The notes below the pieces were generated by a model. The model made no database searches. It was not told the origin of the DNA and saw only the letters and a program-made list of their open reading frames with translations. From Chlamydiia bacterium (GTDB lineage Bacteria; Chlamydiota; Chlamydiia; Chlamydiales; 2-12-FULL-49-11): a DNA stretch of 64,000 nt. Location: positions 94,855 through 158,854 of the forward strand of contig JBIKLZ010000001.1 of assembly GCA_044359535.1 (NCBI GenBank), in the 5' to 3' direction. Every line of letters starts with the position of its first letter. The stretch's first letter is position 1. The translations under genes were made by a program, and so were the position numbers. This document shows positions 15,732 through 26,005 of this stretch, one piece after another.

Positions 15732-18656
15732 ATGTCAACATTTCAACAAATCATTTTAGATTTACAAAATTTTTGGGCGAAAAAAGGCTGCATTTTTCAG
15801 CAAAGTCACGATTTACAAACGGGCGCCGGGACGTTTAATCCAGAAACCTTTTTAAGGGCCCTTGGACCTGAACCCTACAACGTGTGTCATGTTGAAATTT
15901 CTAGAAGACCCACAGATGGCCGTTATGGGGAAAACCCTAATAGGCTCCAAAGATTCCATCAATTCCAAGTGATGATGAAACCCACTCCTTCAAAAATACT
16001 AGAATTCTATCTAGAATCGTTAGAAGCAATCGGCTTTACCTTGTCTAACCATGATATCCGCTTTGTTCATGACGACTGGGAATCGCCCACTCAAGGGGCT
16101 GCAGGTCTTGGTTGGGAAGTGTGGTGCGATGGGATGGAAATCACACAGTTTACCTATTTTCAACAAATAGGGGGAATCAGCCTTACTCAGATTCCTGCTG
16201 AACTTGCTTATGGGATCGAAAGAATTGCTTTATTTCTACAAAAAAAAGAAAATGTCTATGATTTAGCGTACAATCAAACTCTTACCTATGGCGATGTTTT
16301 TTTAAGTGCTGAAAAGCAATATTCTCGTTACAATTTTGAAGAGGCTTCTGTCAAAATGTGGCAGGATAAATTTGAAGCATGTGAAAAAGAATCCACTCGC
16401 CTCATTACCCTTGGTTTACCCATTCCAGCCTATGATATGGCCATTGAAACTTCTCATAGCTTTAATATGCTACAAGCAAGGGGCGCTATTTCAACAACAG
16501 CTCGTGTGGAGATGATTCATAGAGTAAGAGATCTATGTTGCAATGCTGCAAAAGCCTATTTAGTAGAAAGAGAAAAGGAGGGATTTCCTTTATTAAAAAA
16601 TCTAGATCCTTATAAACAAAAGGTTCTTAAACCGGTAGAGGTGCTGCCTCAAGAAAGGACCCATTTTCTCCTTGAAATTGGGACAGAGCCTCTTCCAGAG
16701 GGGGCAATTAAGGGGGCTATTTCATCGTTAAAAACTCTTTTTGAAACATTTTTAGCCGATCAAGAGATTGTTTATGAAACAGTGGATGCTTTTGCTACCC
16801 CAAGGCGTTTATCCTTGTTAGTTCATGGGATCAATACCTACACTCAAGGGGGTGAAGTTGAGAAAAAAGGCCCCTCTATTGAAGGCGCTTTTGATAAAGA
16901 AGGAAATGTCACTAAGCAAGGGACTGGATTTTTTAACTCTATTGGCCTAAACATCTTAACAATTGACCAATTGGATCAAGAGACATCTATAGGGGTCAAA
17001 GATTCAAAACTAGTTTTTTTTCAAAAAAAAGATAGACTTTTTATCGGTCCAATTCTTCAGCACCATCTCAAAGGGATCATTTTAGCTATAACCTTCCCAA
17101 AAAAAATGAGGTGGGGTAATGAGGGGGTCCTTTTTTCTAGACCCATTGCCTCTTTAGTAGCCCTTTTAGGGGATGTTTTAATAGATCTAGAGATTGAAGG
17201 GGTTGTTTCTTCAAGAGATGTACAGTTGCATTCACAAATGGTAAATAAAACCGTAGCGATTCAAAATCCTTTAGATTATGGTAAAATCCTTTCAAAAGGA
17301 AAGGTTTTAGTAGATGTTAGCGAGAGAAAAGCCTTTATTGATAAACAACTTAAGGACATTTCTGATGCCTACAATTGTGAAATTGTTTTACAAGAGGAGG
17401 TTTCATCCTCTGTTCTTTTTTTAAGTGAGTATCCAATCCTTGCTGTAGGAGAATTTGATCAAAGATTTCTCACCCTTCCAGAAGAGCTGATTTTTTCTGA
17501 AATGATCGATCATCAAAGATACTACCCTATGAAGAAAAAAGGGGGAGGGATTGCTCCAACCTTTGTTGTGGCTCTGGATAAAGAGCCCACAGAGGAAATG
17601 ATTAAAAATTATGAAAATGTTTTAAGGGCTAGACTTTCTGATGGTCTGTTTCTCTACAAAAAGGATTTAAATGGGTCGTTTGATGAATGGAATAAAAAGC
17701 TTTCAGAGGTAGTTCTCCATCCAAAGCTTGGATCGGTCTATAACAAGGTTGAAAGGATTGTCATTTTATCTGAAAAGATTGGAGCGCTACTGCAATGGAG
17801 AATAGATCCAAAAGCGGCACTTTACTGTAAGGCAGATTTAGTTTCTGAGGTGGTCTATGAATTTGCAGAGCTTCAGGGGACAATGAGTAAATATTATGCA
17901 CCCCATTTTGGTCTTGGAGAGGAAGTAGGGGTGGCCATTGAAGAGAGCTATCTTCCTAAATGTGAAGGGGGAAAACTCCCTCAAACAAAAGGGGGGATTG
18001 TTCTTGCCCTTGCTGATCGATTGGATAATCTCTTAAGTTATATCGGTATTGGCCTTATCCCCACTTCTTCAAAGGATCCTTATGCCCTTCGAAGAGCTGC
18101 TGTAGGTCTATTAAAAATCCTTATTGATCATAAATTGTCCATTGATTTAAATCTTCTAGTCAGTGATCCAAAGGTGATGGAGTTTGTTATTGGAAGGATG
18201 CCGGCCCTTTTAAAAGAGTATGGTTTTTCAAACGCAGATATTGAAATGTGCGCTCTTTACAACAGCTGTAATCCCTACCATATTTTTCAGTGTGTTGAGG
18301 CTATTTCTCATCTTAAACAAAATAGCCATTCATTTTCTCAATTCATGGAGATCTATAAGCGCATGAAGGGCTCTGTTCAGGGGTCTAAAGGGGAGGTGGT
18401 TTTAGAAAATCTCCTTATTGAACCTCAAGAAAAAGAACTCTATTCTGCGATACAAGCAACAGTTGTCCGCTATCATCTTTATGCCGATAAAGGCAATTAT
18501 AAAGAGGCTTTTGAGGCGCTTCTTCAGCTTGTAACCCCCTTAGATCACTTCTTTTCTCATGTTCGGGTTCAAACAAGCGACAGTGCCTTACAAAAAAATC
18601 GTGTCACTTTATTGTCTATTCCTTACACTCTTATTTCAAAGACGTTGAACCTTTAA
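15732..18656 (+). CDS. glyQS: Glycine--tRNA ligase, fused alpha/beta subunits
   Basis: Alpha motifs (GAGTFNP, SRRPTDGRYGENPNRLQ, GMEITQFTYFQQ) joined to beta motifs (LLEIGTE, TPRRL, KMRWG, SKDPYALRRAA) in one 974-aa ORF. Confidence 0.96.
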   Translation: MSTFQQIILDLQNFWAKKGCIFQQSHDLQTGAGTFNPETFLRALGPEPYNVCHVEISRRPTDGRYGENPNRLQRFHQFQVMMKPTPSKILEFYLESLEAIGFTLSNHDIRFVHDDWESPTQGAAGLGWEVWCDGMEITQFTYFQQIGGISLTQIPAELAYGIERIALFLQKKENVYDLAYNQTLTYGDVFLSAEKQYSRYNFEEASVKMWQDKFEACEKESTRLITLGLPIPAYDMAIETSHSFNMLQARGAISTTARVEMIHRVRDLCCNAAKAYLVEREKEGFPLLKNLDPYKQKVLKPVEVLPQERTHFLLEIGTEPLPEGAIKGAISSLKTLFETFLADQEIVYETVDAFATPRRLSLLVHGINTYTQGGEVEKKGPSIEGAFDKEGNVTKQGTGFFNSIGLNILTIDQLDQETSIGVKDSKLVFFQKKDRLFIGPILQHHLKGIILAITFPKKMRWGNEGVLFSRPIASLVALLGDVLIDLEIEGVVSSRDVQLHSQMVNKTVAIQNPLDYGKILSKGKVLVDVSERKAFIDKQLKDISDAYNCEIVLQEEVSSSVLFLSEYPILAVGEFDQRFLTLPEELIFSEMIDHQRYYPMKKKGGGIAPTFVVALDKEPTEEMIKNYENVLRARLSDGLFLYKKDLNGSFDEWNKKLSEVVLHPKLGSVYNKVERIVILSEKIGALLQWRIDPKAALYCKADLVSEVVYEFAELQGTMSKYYAPHFGLGEEVGVAIEESYLPKCEGGKLPQTKGGIVLALADRLDNLLSYIGIGLIPTSSKDPYALRRAAVGLLKILIDHKLSIDLNLLVSDPKVMEFVIGRMPALLKEYGFSNADIEMCALYNSCNPYHIFQCVEAISHLKQNSHSFSQFMEIYKRMKGSVQGSKGEVVLENLLIEPQEKELYSAIQATVVRYHLYADKGNYKEAFEALLQLVTPLDHFFSHVRVQTSDSALQKNRVTLLSIPYTLISKTLNL

Positions 18657-20112
18657 GGCTATAGATCTTTTCGTAGCTTTTTGAGGGTTTATCCCAACTA
18701 TAATCTTTATTTAGCCCATTTTGCATCATTGTTTGCCATTTTTTTTGATCATAGGAATAGGTATAAAAAACCTTTTCCAACATTTTTTCTACCGAGGCAG
18801 TGTTTAATTCTTCAAAAACAAATCCTGTAGGGTGAGGTTGATCAATATCTGTAACTGTGTCTTTTAATCCCCCTGTATTTCGAACTAAAGGGAGGGTTCC
18901 ATATCTCATACCGATCATTTGAGTCAATCCACAGGGCTCAAATTTCGAAGGAATAAAAATGCAGTCAGCGGCTGCAAAAAGTTGATGAGCCAGCTTTTCA
19001 TTAAACTGAAGCTGTATCGATACATTTTTTCGGGATTGATATTTTTCTTTAAGCAAGAGACACTTTCTTTCTAGCCCTTTGTCAAAGACATTTCCAAGGA
19101 GAATAAAGCTACCCCCAAGCTCAGCTGTTTTTTCAAGGGCGTAAAGGATCAGCTCTGGACTTTTTTGACTTACAATTCTTGTGACTGAAATAATAAGGGG
19201 CCCTTGTTCTTGGGGTTGAAGGTTTAACTCTTTAAAAAGAGCTGTTTTATTTAACCCTTTTTTCCTCATTATCTCCTGAAGATAGGTGCTATTTGAAGGG
19301 AAGTTTTCGAATATATTTGTGTCTGTCAAAGGATCCCATGTCTCTATTTCAATTCCATTTAAAATTCCATGCAGTTTTTCTTTGTGCTCTCTTATCACAG
19401 GATCTAATCCACATCCATATTCAGGGGTAAGGATTTGCTTTGCATAAGTAGGAGAGACAGTTACCACTTGATCGGCATAAACAATCCCCCCCTTCATCAA
19501 ATTCATCATCTCCTTATCATGGGGATCTTGCATCCTTTCTTTTGTAAGAAGGGTCGCTCCATTTAACCCAATCCTTGAAAGGTATTTAGGGTGAATTTTA
19601 CCTTGATGCTCAATATTATGAATCGTAAAAATAATAGATGCAATTTTATGTTTTAATTGAGGGGCTAAATGGTGAATAAGGGGGGCAACAGCCGAAGTTG
19701 GCCAATCATGGAGATGGAGAATATCGCATCCTCTTTTATGGATAAGAAATTGAATAGTGGCTCGACAAAAATACAAAAAACGTTCTGCATCATTTATAGA
19801 CCCATAAATAAGCCCTCTATTAAAGTAATAGGCAGGGTGGTGGGCCTCTATTAAAAAAATATCTATCCCTTCAAAGGTCCCTTTATAGACACTATTATGA
19901 TATTCAATCCCATCTTCATAACTCCACAAATCCTGTACATAGATCTCTAATGTATCAAAAATTTTCATAGGGATCACATCATACTTTGGAAGGATAACAC
20001 ACACCTGATGCCCCATTTTCTTTTGTTCTTTGGACAAACCGTGGAGGACATCTCCTAAACCCCCTTCTTTTGCAAAGGGGCTAAATTCAGAGGAAATATG
20101 TGTAATATTCAT
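18631..20112 (-). CDS. glgA: Glycogen synthase
   Basis: KEGGLGDV, HLHDW, FTIHN, GILNGI, PSKFEPCGLTQM, TGGLKDTV. Confidence 0.96.
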   Translation of the reverse strand: MNITHISSEFSPFAKEGGLGDVLHGLSKEQKKMGHQVCVILPKYDVIPMKIFDTLEIYVQDLWSYEDGIEYHNSVYKGTFEGIDIFLIEAHHPAYYFNRGLIYGSINDAERFLYFCRATIQFLIHKRGCDILHLHDWPTSAVAPLIHHLAPQLKHKIASIIFTIHNIEHQGKIHPKYLSRIGLNGATLLTKERMQDPHDKEMMNLMKGGIVYADQVVTVSPTYAKQILTPEYGCGLDPVIREHKEKLHGILNGIEIETWDPLTDTNIFENFPSNSTYLQEIMRKKGLNKTALFKELNLQPQEQGPLIISVTRIVSQKSPELILYALEKTAELGGSFILLGNVFDKGLERKCLLLKEKYQSRKNVSIQLQFNEKLAHQLFAAADCIFIPSKFEPCGLTQMIGMRYGTLPLVRNTGGLKDTVTDIDQPHPTGFVFEELNTASVEKMLEKVFYTYSYDQKKWQTMMQNGLNKDYSWDKPSKSYEKIYSLKGSTSLK

Positions 20113-20161
20113 GTTTTGACTTATACAATTTATTTTAATTTAAAAAAACTAGAAAACCCAC

Positions 20162-20190
20162 TTGCATAAAAACTCTTAAAGTTTTATGCT
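20162..20190 (+). promoter_or_regulatory. Sigma70/66-type promoter for tRNA-Gln/rplY operon
   Basis: TTGCAT-17 nt-TATGCT, 16 nt before the tRNA. Confidence 0.6.
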
Positions 20191-20206
20191 GTTTGACAAA
20201 ATAAAT

Positions 20207-20278
20207 TGGGGCGTGGCCAAGCGGTAAGGCAGCGGTTTTTGGTACCGCCATGCGTAGGTTCGAATCCTGCCGCCCCAA
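20207..20278 (+). tRNA. tRNA-Gln (TTG)
   Basis: TGGGGCG acceptor pairs with CGCCCCA; D-loop AAGCGGTAA; anticodon arm GCGGT-TTTTGGT-ACCGC; GGTTCGAATCC T-arm; CCA not encoded. Confidence 0.97.
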
Positions 20279-20505
20279 AATTAACTTGATTAAAGCGCTG
20301 TAATAGCGGGGACTATAGATCCTATTTTTTTTAAGTTAGAAAACAGAGGATAAGTATTCTGGAAACAGAAGGACCCATAGTTGTAACCCTACAACTCTTA
20401 TCTTTGAAATTCTTTGTCGAGAAGTTGTTTCTCGTTAATTTCAATTGGTCCTCCTTTTTTTTAGAAAATTTGTTCAAAACAAATGCGTAGAATAAAAGGT
20501 GGTTT

Positions 20506-21057
20506 ATGGACATTACTTTAAGTAAAAGAGAAAGTGGAAAAGGGGTGAATCTTCTTAGAAGACAGGGATTTATTCCAGCAGTGGTATATGATAAAACTGG
20601 AAATAGTGTTTCAGTAAAGTTTGAGAAAAAAATATTTGAAGGGCATCTTCGAAATATTGAATCTGGGGGTTTAGCAACTGTTGCCTTCACATTGACTTTA
20701 GAGGGTGAAACATTTACCGCCTTCATCAAAGATATTAGTTATCATAAAACAACCTATGACATTCTACATATTGACTTTTTAAAAGTGAAACAAACAGATG
20801 AAATTACAGTTCATATCCCTGTAGTCTTAAAAGGGACAGAAGTGTGTGCAGCCTTAGCTCAAGGAGCTCAAATTAAAAAAGTAAAAAGATCGGTTAAAAC
20901 GCGCTGTTTAGTCAGTGAACTTCCTAAACATTTTGTTGTCGATGTGACATCAAAAAGACTTGGAGATCAGGTTCGCGTTTCAGATGTTGTTTTAACCCCA
21001 AGTATGAAGCTTTGCATTCATGAAAAGCAAGTCCTTGTATCGATGACTAAGAAGTAA
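20506..21057 (+). CDS. rplY: 50S ribosomal protein L25/Ctc
   Basis: LRRQGFIPAVVY, ILHIDF, two-domain Ctc length; upstream of pth. Confidence 0.92.
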   Translation: MDITLSKRESGKGVNLLRRQGFIPAVVYDKTGNSVSVKFEKKIFEGHLRNIESGGLATVAFTLTLEGETFTAFIKDISYHKTTYDILHIDFLKVKQTDEITVHIPVVLKGTEVCAALAQGAQIKKVKRSVKTRCLVSELPKHFVVDVTSKRLGDQVRVSDVVLTPSMKLCIHEKQVLVSMTKK

Positions 21058-21058
21058 T

Positions 21059-21640
21059 ATGACAGAGTCTACATCTCTTTTAATTGTTGGTTTGGGCAAC
21101 CCCGGGATAGAGTATGAAAAAACAAGGCATAATGTAGGTGCTTTAGTGGTTTTTTACTATGCACAAAGACATGGGGTTGTTTTTAAACCAATGAAGCAGG
21201 TCAATGGGTATGTAGGTCATGGGGTTATTGAGGGAAGAAAAGTTCTTTTTTTACTCCCCACTACCTATATGAACCTATCTGGAAATGCTGTAAGAAAATG
21301 TCTAGACTATTATGAGATTAGAGTTGACCATCTTTTAGTACTTTCTGATGAAACCTACTTGCCTTTTGGGGAAGTGGGGTTAAAAAAAGGGGGCTCAGCA
21401 AAAGGTCATAACGGACTTAAAAGTATTGAGGAGGCCTTAGGGACTCAAGACTTCTTAAGACTCCGTATCGGAATAGGGGAAAAAACTACAGAGGATTTAG
21501 CTGACTATGTCTTACAACATTTCTCACAAGGTGAATTTTTGAAAATGGATGAAATTGTGGAAAAATGTAGCGTTGAAATTCAACACAAGGTGTTAAGTCA
21601 GCACAAAGAAAAACAAAATGAAGATCTAGGGAGAAATTAG
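21059..21640 (+). CDS. pth: Peptidyl-tRNA hydrolase
   Basis: LIVGLGNPG..YEKTRHNVG, PTTYMNLSG, GHNGLKSI, RLRIGIG. Confidence 0.97.
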   Translation: MTESTSLLIVGLGNPGIEYEKTRHNVGALVVFYYAQRHGVVFKPMKQVNGYVGHGVIEGRKVLFLLPTTYMNLSGNAVRKCLDYYEIRVDHLLVLSDETYLPFGEVGLKKGGSAKGHNGLKSIEEALGTQDFLRLRIGIGEKTTEDLADYVLQHFSQGEFLKMDEIVEKCSVEIQHKVLSQHKEKQNEDLGRN

Positions 21641-21997
21641 ATGAGAAATAATACAACAAAGAATCTATACGAAGGTATATTTATTCTACGCACATCCTTA
21701 TCAGATGATGCAAAAGAAAAGGCTTTGGCAAAGATCAAAGGGGTCATAGCTGAAGGGGGTGGACAGGTTTTTAAGGTGATAGACTGGGGAAGAAAAAAAC
21801 TTGCCTATCCAATTAAAGCGGCAAGAGAGGGCCATTTTTATGTCCTATATTTTGATCTACCGGCAAAGTCACTGGATGAATTTATTAGAGAAAACTCTTT
21901 AAATGAGGATCTTTTACGTTCTATGTATGTGGTTGTAGAAAGTGTGCCAGAAGCAGATGTCATAGAGTTTGCAGAAGTAACAAGAATTAAAGAATAA
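21641..21997 (+). CDS. rpsF: 30S ribosomal protein S6
   Basis: YEGIFIL, WGRKKLAYPI, EGHF. Confidence 0.95.
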   Translation: MRNNTTKNLYEGIFILRTSLSDDAKEKALAKIKGVIAEGGGQVFKVIDWGRKKLAYPIKAAREGHFYVLYFDLPAKSLDEFIRENSLNEDLLRSMYVVVESVPEADVIEFAEVTRIKE

Positions 21998-22012
21998 CTC
22001 AAGGATTAGAAT

Positions 22013-22255
22013 ATGATTAAAACAAAAGCTAACTTTCAGTTTCCAAAAGGGCGCAAAAGTCCTTTAAATGCTGCTGGAGTAAATGAAATTGATTACAAAG
22101 ATGTTGCACTTTTAAAACAATTTGTAACAGAGCGTGGCAAAATTCTTCCAAGAAGAATCACAGGTGTTACAGCAAATCAACAAAGAATATTAACAAAAGC
22201 GATCAAGCGAGCAAGATGTATAGCACTTATGCCGTTTGCATCCGCAGAAGCTTAA
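22013..22255 (+). CDS. rpsR: 30S ribosomal protein S18
   Basis: [26 protein letters not shown]...AIKRAR. Confidence 0.97.
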   Translation: MIKTKANFQFPKGRKSPLNAAGVNEIDYKDVALLKQFVTERGKILPRRITGVTANQQRILTKAIKRARCIALMPFASAEA

Positions 22256-22264
22256 GGGGTATAC

Positions 22265-22789
22265 ATGAAATATCACGTATTATTATTAGAAGATGTGACA
22301 AACCATGGACGCAAAGGCGAGTTAGCATTTGTTGCCCCAGGTTTTGCTCGCAACTATTTACTGCCACAAGGGAAAGCTATTTTGGCAACCTACGCAACAG
22401 TAAAGACACAAAATAGATTAAAAGAAGAAAGGGATGCGCAGGCAAAAATTGATCGTGCTGTCTCAGAAAAGATCGCTAATGAGCTTAAAGGAAAATCCTT
22501 TTCTAAAGTATCAAAAGTGGATTCTGATGGACATATGTACGGTTCAGTTTCTGCAAAAGATATTGCTGAAATGCTCTTTAATGAAGGGATAAACATTGAG
22601 AAAAAGCATGTTGTTCTTCATCTGCCAATTCGTTCTTTAGGAAAGCATTCAGTTCCTATTAAGTTACCAGAAGGGGTCATGGTCACCATTTCTCTAGAAA
22701 TTGTCCCTGACAGAATCATTGAAAAGAAAAAGAAAGCTAAAAGTGATGAAGCTGTAGTTTCTTTAGATGAAACAATCATTCAAGAGTAA
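22265..22789 (+). CDS. rplI: 50S ribosomal protein L9
   Basis: LLEDV..HGRKGE..VAPGFARNYLLPQGKA; MYGSVS. Confidence 0.96.
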   Translation: MKYHVLLLEDVTNHGRKGELAFVAPGFARNYLLPQGKAILATYATVKTQNRLKEERDAQAKIDRAVSEKIANELKGKSFSKVSKVDSDGHMYGSVSAKDIAEMLFNEGINIEKKHVVLHLPIRSLGKHSVPIKLPEGVMVTISLEIVPDRIIEKKKKAKSDEAVVSLDETIIQE

Positions 22790-22800
22790 AAAAAATATGT

Positions 22801-22826
22801 AGAGGGTAAGGTTGTCCTTGCCCTCT
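22801..22826. terminator. Hairpin between convergent rplI and NTT genes (probable terminator)
   Basis: agagggtaagg-ttgt-ccttgccctct, with an A-run a few nt to the left (U-tract on the minus strand). Confidence 0.6.
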
Positions 22827-22830
22827 TGAT

Positions 22831-24228
22831 TTACACAGGAAGAGCTCTTTTTTCTAGCTCAATACCTAGTTTAGTTGTCGATAAAATCAGACTTAAACAA
22901 ATAGATAAGGCAAAGATAGCGGCCATATAATAGCTTCCACTAATACTTTGAGCAATAGAAACAAAACCAATAGTTGAAGCTGAACTCATCCCTTTTCCAC
23001 ATTTTGAACACAGTCCATCAATAATTAATTTTCCTTTCATTTTAGAAGCTGGGGGCATCGATACAAAAGCAAGCTCTTTACATGGATCAAAGATAGTATA
23101 TTTTACCGCTCTACAAACACAAAAGAGCAATCCACCGAGAAAAACAACGATATTTAGCCAGCTATCGTGATTGAGGGCAAAAAGGGATGAACTTAGCGAC
23201 TCACTACATAAAAAGAAGAAAAATATCCCTTCGCTCAAAAAAAGTCCTACAGGGAGGATGATGGCACATGTGACCCATCGAATTTTTTTAAGGAGGATTG
23301 GGGCAATAAAGAGGGCAAAGAAAATAGTGAGTAAGCTATGCCAAAAGGTGAGGTAACCCATAAAAGTACAGTAGTCGGTAGGCAGTGGGTACTTCTCTTT
23401 TAAAACCTGTAGAAAAAGAACTTCAGCAAGGGAATAGGCAATGTAATCGGCAAAAACTATCCAGCCCATCAAGCGTAAGGATTTTGTTTCTAAAAAGAAT
23501 TGAAGGGCCTCTTTCAAAGAAAAACTTTTTTCCTTTTCATAGGTGATCCCTGTTGCTGTAAAATGTCTACAAAGATGGCTATAAAAAAAGGCTGTAATAA
23601 GGCCGATAAGGAAGATAAGGCTCATCATTAAAATAAGGGAATGATTCCAATGACTTTTTGTAAGGGGAAAAAGGGACCACAACACTTTGGAGTTACAAAA
23701 AATGGTTAATGGACCGGCAAAAATCGCTCCAAGGCTTGCTCCAAGCATTAAGGAGGGGTATATACCCTTAGCTTGATCTACAGATAGATTGAAATTAATA
23801 AGACCTAGAAAAAGAATTTGAATAAGGGCAGGTTTCCATAGTTCTCCCATAATATAAAAGCTCATCGAAGCACACTGCATTAAAAAAGGGGTTTTAACAA
23901 TGGTTTGAAGTAAGACAAGATTTGGATAGGCAAATCCAGCAAAAAAAATGAAGAAGAATATAAAGATAAAAAGGATGATGAAAAAAACCTTTTTCATTGA
24001 AAATTTTTTCAATATTTTGGATAAGAACCATGTCATAAAAATGGCTGCTGGAAGGACCCCAAAGAGTTCAAAAAGGGGAATGGAGACAGCACTTCCACCT
24101 AAATCAGCAATGGCCAATGTCTTTCTTACACTTTTTAATACTGTGTAATTCATATTCAATAAAAAAATAATCCCAAACATTAATGAAAAAACTTTTATTG
24201 AAGAATGTTTAAGTATTTTGTACATCAT
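22831..24228 (-). CDS. NTT/TLC family nucleotide transporter (ATP/ADP translocase-like)
   Basis: NYTVLKSVRK, FYIMGELW, QAKGIYP, KYTIFDPCKELAF, KGKLIIDG..SKCGK; about 12 TM. Start uncertain (24225-24288). Confidence 0.88.
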   Translation of the reverse strand: MMYKILKHSSIKVFSLMFGIIFLLNMNYTVLKSVRKTLAIADLGGSAVSIPLFELFGVLPAAIFMTWFLSKILKKFSMKKVFFIILFIFIFFFIFFAGFAYPNLVLLQTIVKTPFLMQCASMSFYIMGELWKPALIQILFLGLINFNLSVDQAKGIYPSLMLGASLGAIFAGPLTIFCNSKVLWSLFPLTKSHWNHSLILMMSLIFLIGLITAFFYSHLCRHFTATGITYEKEKSFSLKEALQFFLETKSLRLMGWIVFADYIAYSLAEVLFLQVLKEKYPLPTDYCTFMGYLTFWHSLLTIFFALFIAPILLKKIRWVTCAIILPVGLFLSEGIFFFFLCSESLSSSLFALNHDSWLNIVVFLGGLLFCVCRAVKYTIFDPCKELAFVSMPPASKMKGKLIIDGLCSKCGKGMSSASTIGFVSIAQSISGSYYMAAIFALSICLSLILSTTKLGIELEKRALPV

Positions 24229-24293
24229 TTTCCATGGGTAAAGGCAAAGTATAAAGAAAGGAAAAATATTAATCAAACGATAGAACATCGTTA

Positions 24294-24322
24294 TTGACTA
24301 TCCTTAAATATTTCGATAAAAT
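24294..24322 (+). promoter_or_regulatory. Sigma70/66-type promoter
   Basis: TTGACT-17 nt-TAAAAT upstream of the 24338 ORF. Confidence 0.55.
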
Positions 24323-24337
24323 AGAACCTTTTACCCT

Positions 24338-24907
24338 ATGCTAGCAAAAACACTTAAATTTTTTTATGATTCATCCATGGCCCTATCGATTGGAAGTGTT
24401 AAAATTCTTATATTTTATATTCGTCAGCACATTTTTGGAAATTCAATTCCTAATTTTACCTCCGTAAAAGAAAGCACCCTTTATAGAGGGGGGCAACCTT
24501 CTTTAAAAGGGCTTGAAGAGTTAATGAAGGAGGGCATTGGGGTGGTTGTCAATCTTAGGGCGAGAAATCGGGATAAAAAGGCTATCTTAAAATTTACAAA
24601 AGAGAAGATGCACTCAATTCATCTCCCCATTTTTCCTTTTTATCCCACAGAGGATTCTGTAGTTCACTTTTTAAAAATTTTCAAAAAGGTACAATGTCCT
24701 GTATATGTTCATTGCTTTCATGGTACAGATAGAACCGGTCTTATGTGTGCTATGTATAGAATTGTTTTTGAGGGGTGGAAAAAATCCGATGCGATTGTTG
24801 AAATGAAAAGCAAAGGGTTTCACTTTTGGCAAAGGTCCATTTTATCGTTTATAGAAAATGCAAATATTGAAGAATTGAAAAGAAAGGTTTTTGCCGTTGC
24901 CGATTAA
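24338..24907 (+). CDS. Protein tyrosine/dual-specificity phosphatase (Siw14/PFA-DSP-like)
   Basis: PNF...LYRGGQP, VVNLR, PVYVHCFHGTDRTG...YR...GW. Confidence 0.85.
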   Translation: MLAKTLKFFYDSSMALSIGSVKILIFYIRQHIFGNSIPNFTSVKESTLYRGGQPSLKGLEELMKEGIGVVVNLRARNRDKKAILKFTKEKMHSIHLPIFPFYPTEDSVVHFLKIFKKVQCPVYVHCFHGTDRTGLMCAMYRIVFEGWKKSDAIVEMKSKGFHFWQRSILSFIENANIEELKRKVFAVAD

Positions 24908-24918
24908 ATAGGTTTTTT

Positions 24919-25863
24919 TTAAGTGCGCATCTCTTGCTCTATCTTCCAAGAATTTTCTGAATACGATTCTAATGAAGCAATCCTTTCCTTAATTGTGGGA
25001 TGAGTAGAAAACAACTTGGAAAGACTGACTCTTTTTGTTGAAGATATCATCATTGCTGCTAACCCTTTTTGACTTTCATACTCTGCTTTAGAAATATGAG
25101 AATGCCTTTCAAGGGATTGTAAAGCTTCTATCATTTTTTCCTTTCCAACCAATTGTGCCCCCCCATAGTCGGCAGCAAACTCTCTTTTTCTTGAAACAAA
25201 GAAAAGAAGTAATGAACCTAAGGAAAGAAAAATCATTTCAAAAAACACGGTAAAAAGCATATTGGAAAAGTAAGATGATCCTTTCTTATCATTTTTACTT
25301 AAAGCGTTGTTAAGTCCATAGGCACAAATTCTACTTAAAAACATCACAAAGCTGTTTATTAACCCCTGAAGAAGGGCCATTGTAACCATATCTCCATTTG
25401 TGATATGGGCCATTTCATGAGCAATCACACCCTCTAGTTCCCTTTCTGAAAGAGTTTCTAAAAGGGTGCTTGAGACAGCTATTAACGATGAGTTTTTCGA
25501 TGCTCCAGTAGCAAATGCATTGCTTTGCTGACTTCTCCATATCCCTACTTCAGGGATGGATAAAAGCTGTTGTTTGATAGAAAGCTTTTTGACAATTGTA
25601 AACACTCTTTCTTCAAGAGGATTCATCCTTTGGTTAGGATCTATTATTTTTAATGAAAGCATCCATTTTGCCATCCTTTTTGAAAGAAGAAGGGAAATCA
25701 AAGATCCAGTACACCCCCAGACCAAACAAAACATCGCAAGGGCTTGAATATCGATACCGGCATGTGTCATGTAAGGTTTTAGACCAAAAATCTCAGATAA
25801 CAAGGATACAGAAGCAATAATCAGTATATTTAAACTTAAAAATAGAAAAATTCTTTTGAGCAT
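24919..25863 (-). CDS. htpX: Protease HtpX (M48 zinc metalloprotease)
   Basis: NAFATG, GVIAHEMAHITNGDMVT, SRKREFAAD, LFSTHP. Confidence 0.95.
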   Translation of the reverse strand: MLKRIFLFLSLNILIIASVSLLSEIFGLKPYMTHAGIDIQALAMFCLVWGCTGSLISLLLSKRMAKWMLSLKIIDPNQRMNPLEERVFTIVKKLSIKQQLLSIPEVGIWRSQQSNAFATGASKNSSLIAVSSTLLETLSERELEGVIAHEMAHITNGDMVTMALLQGLINSFVMFLSRICAYGLNNALSKNDKKGSSYFSNMLFTVFFEMIFLSLGSLLLFFVSRKREFAADYGGAQLVGKEKMIEALQSLERHSHISKAEYESQKGLAAMMISSTKRVSLSKLFSTHPTIKERIASLESYSENSWKIEQEMRT

Positions 25864-26005
25864 AAATCCCCCTTTCTTTTTAACTAGAGTATAGACGATT
25901 TACTCTAAAATAGCAAATACTCAACTCTTTAGTTAAAATAAAAGTTCATTTGCCTTTTATCTTTGGATCTGTCATAAAGGTTATTTTAATTTCTAAAGGG
26001 TGGCT

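Noticed and set aside
15732-18656. GlyQ-GlyS fusion as a novelty
   Set aside because: Known feature of Chlamydiae; useful only as a taxonomic marker.
20280-20505. Gap between tRNA-Gln and rplY, examined as a prs remnant or leader RNA
   Set aside because: No Prs-like translation in the plus frames and only weak hairpins; cannot be supported.
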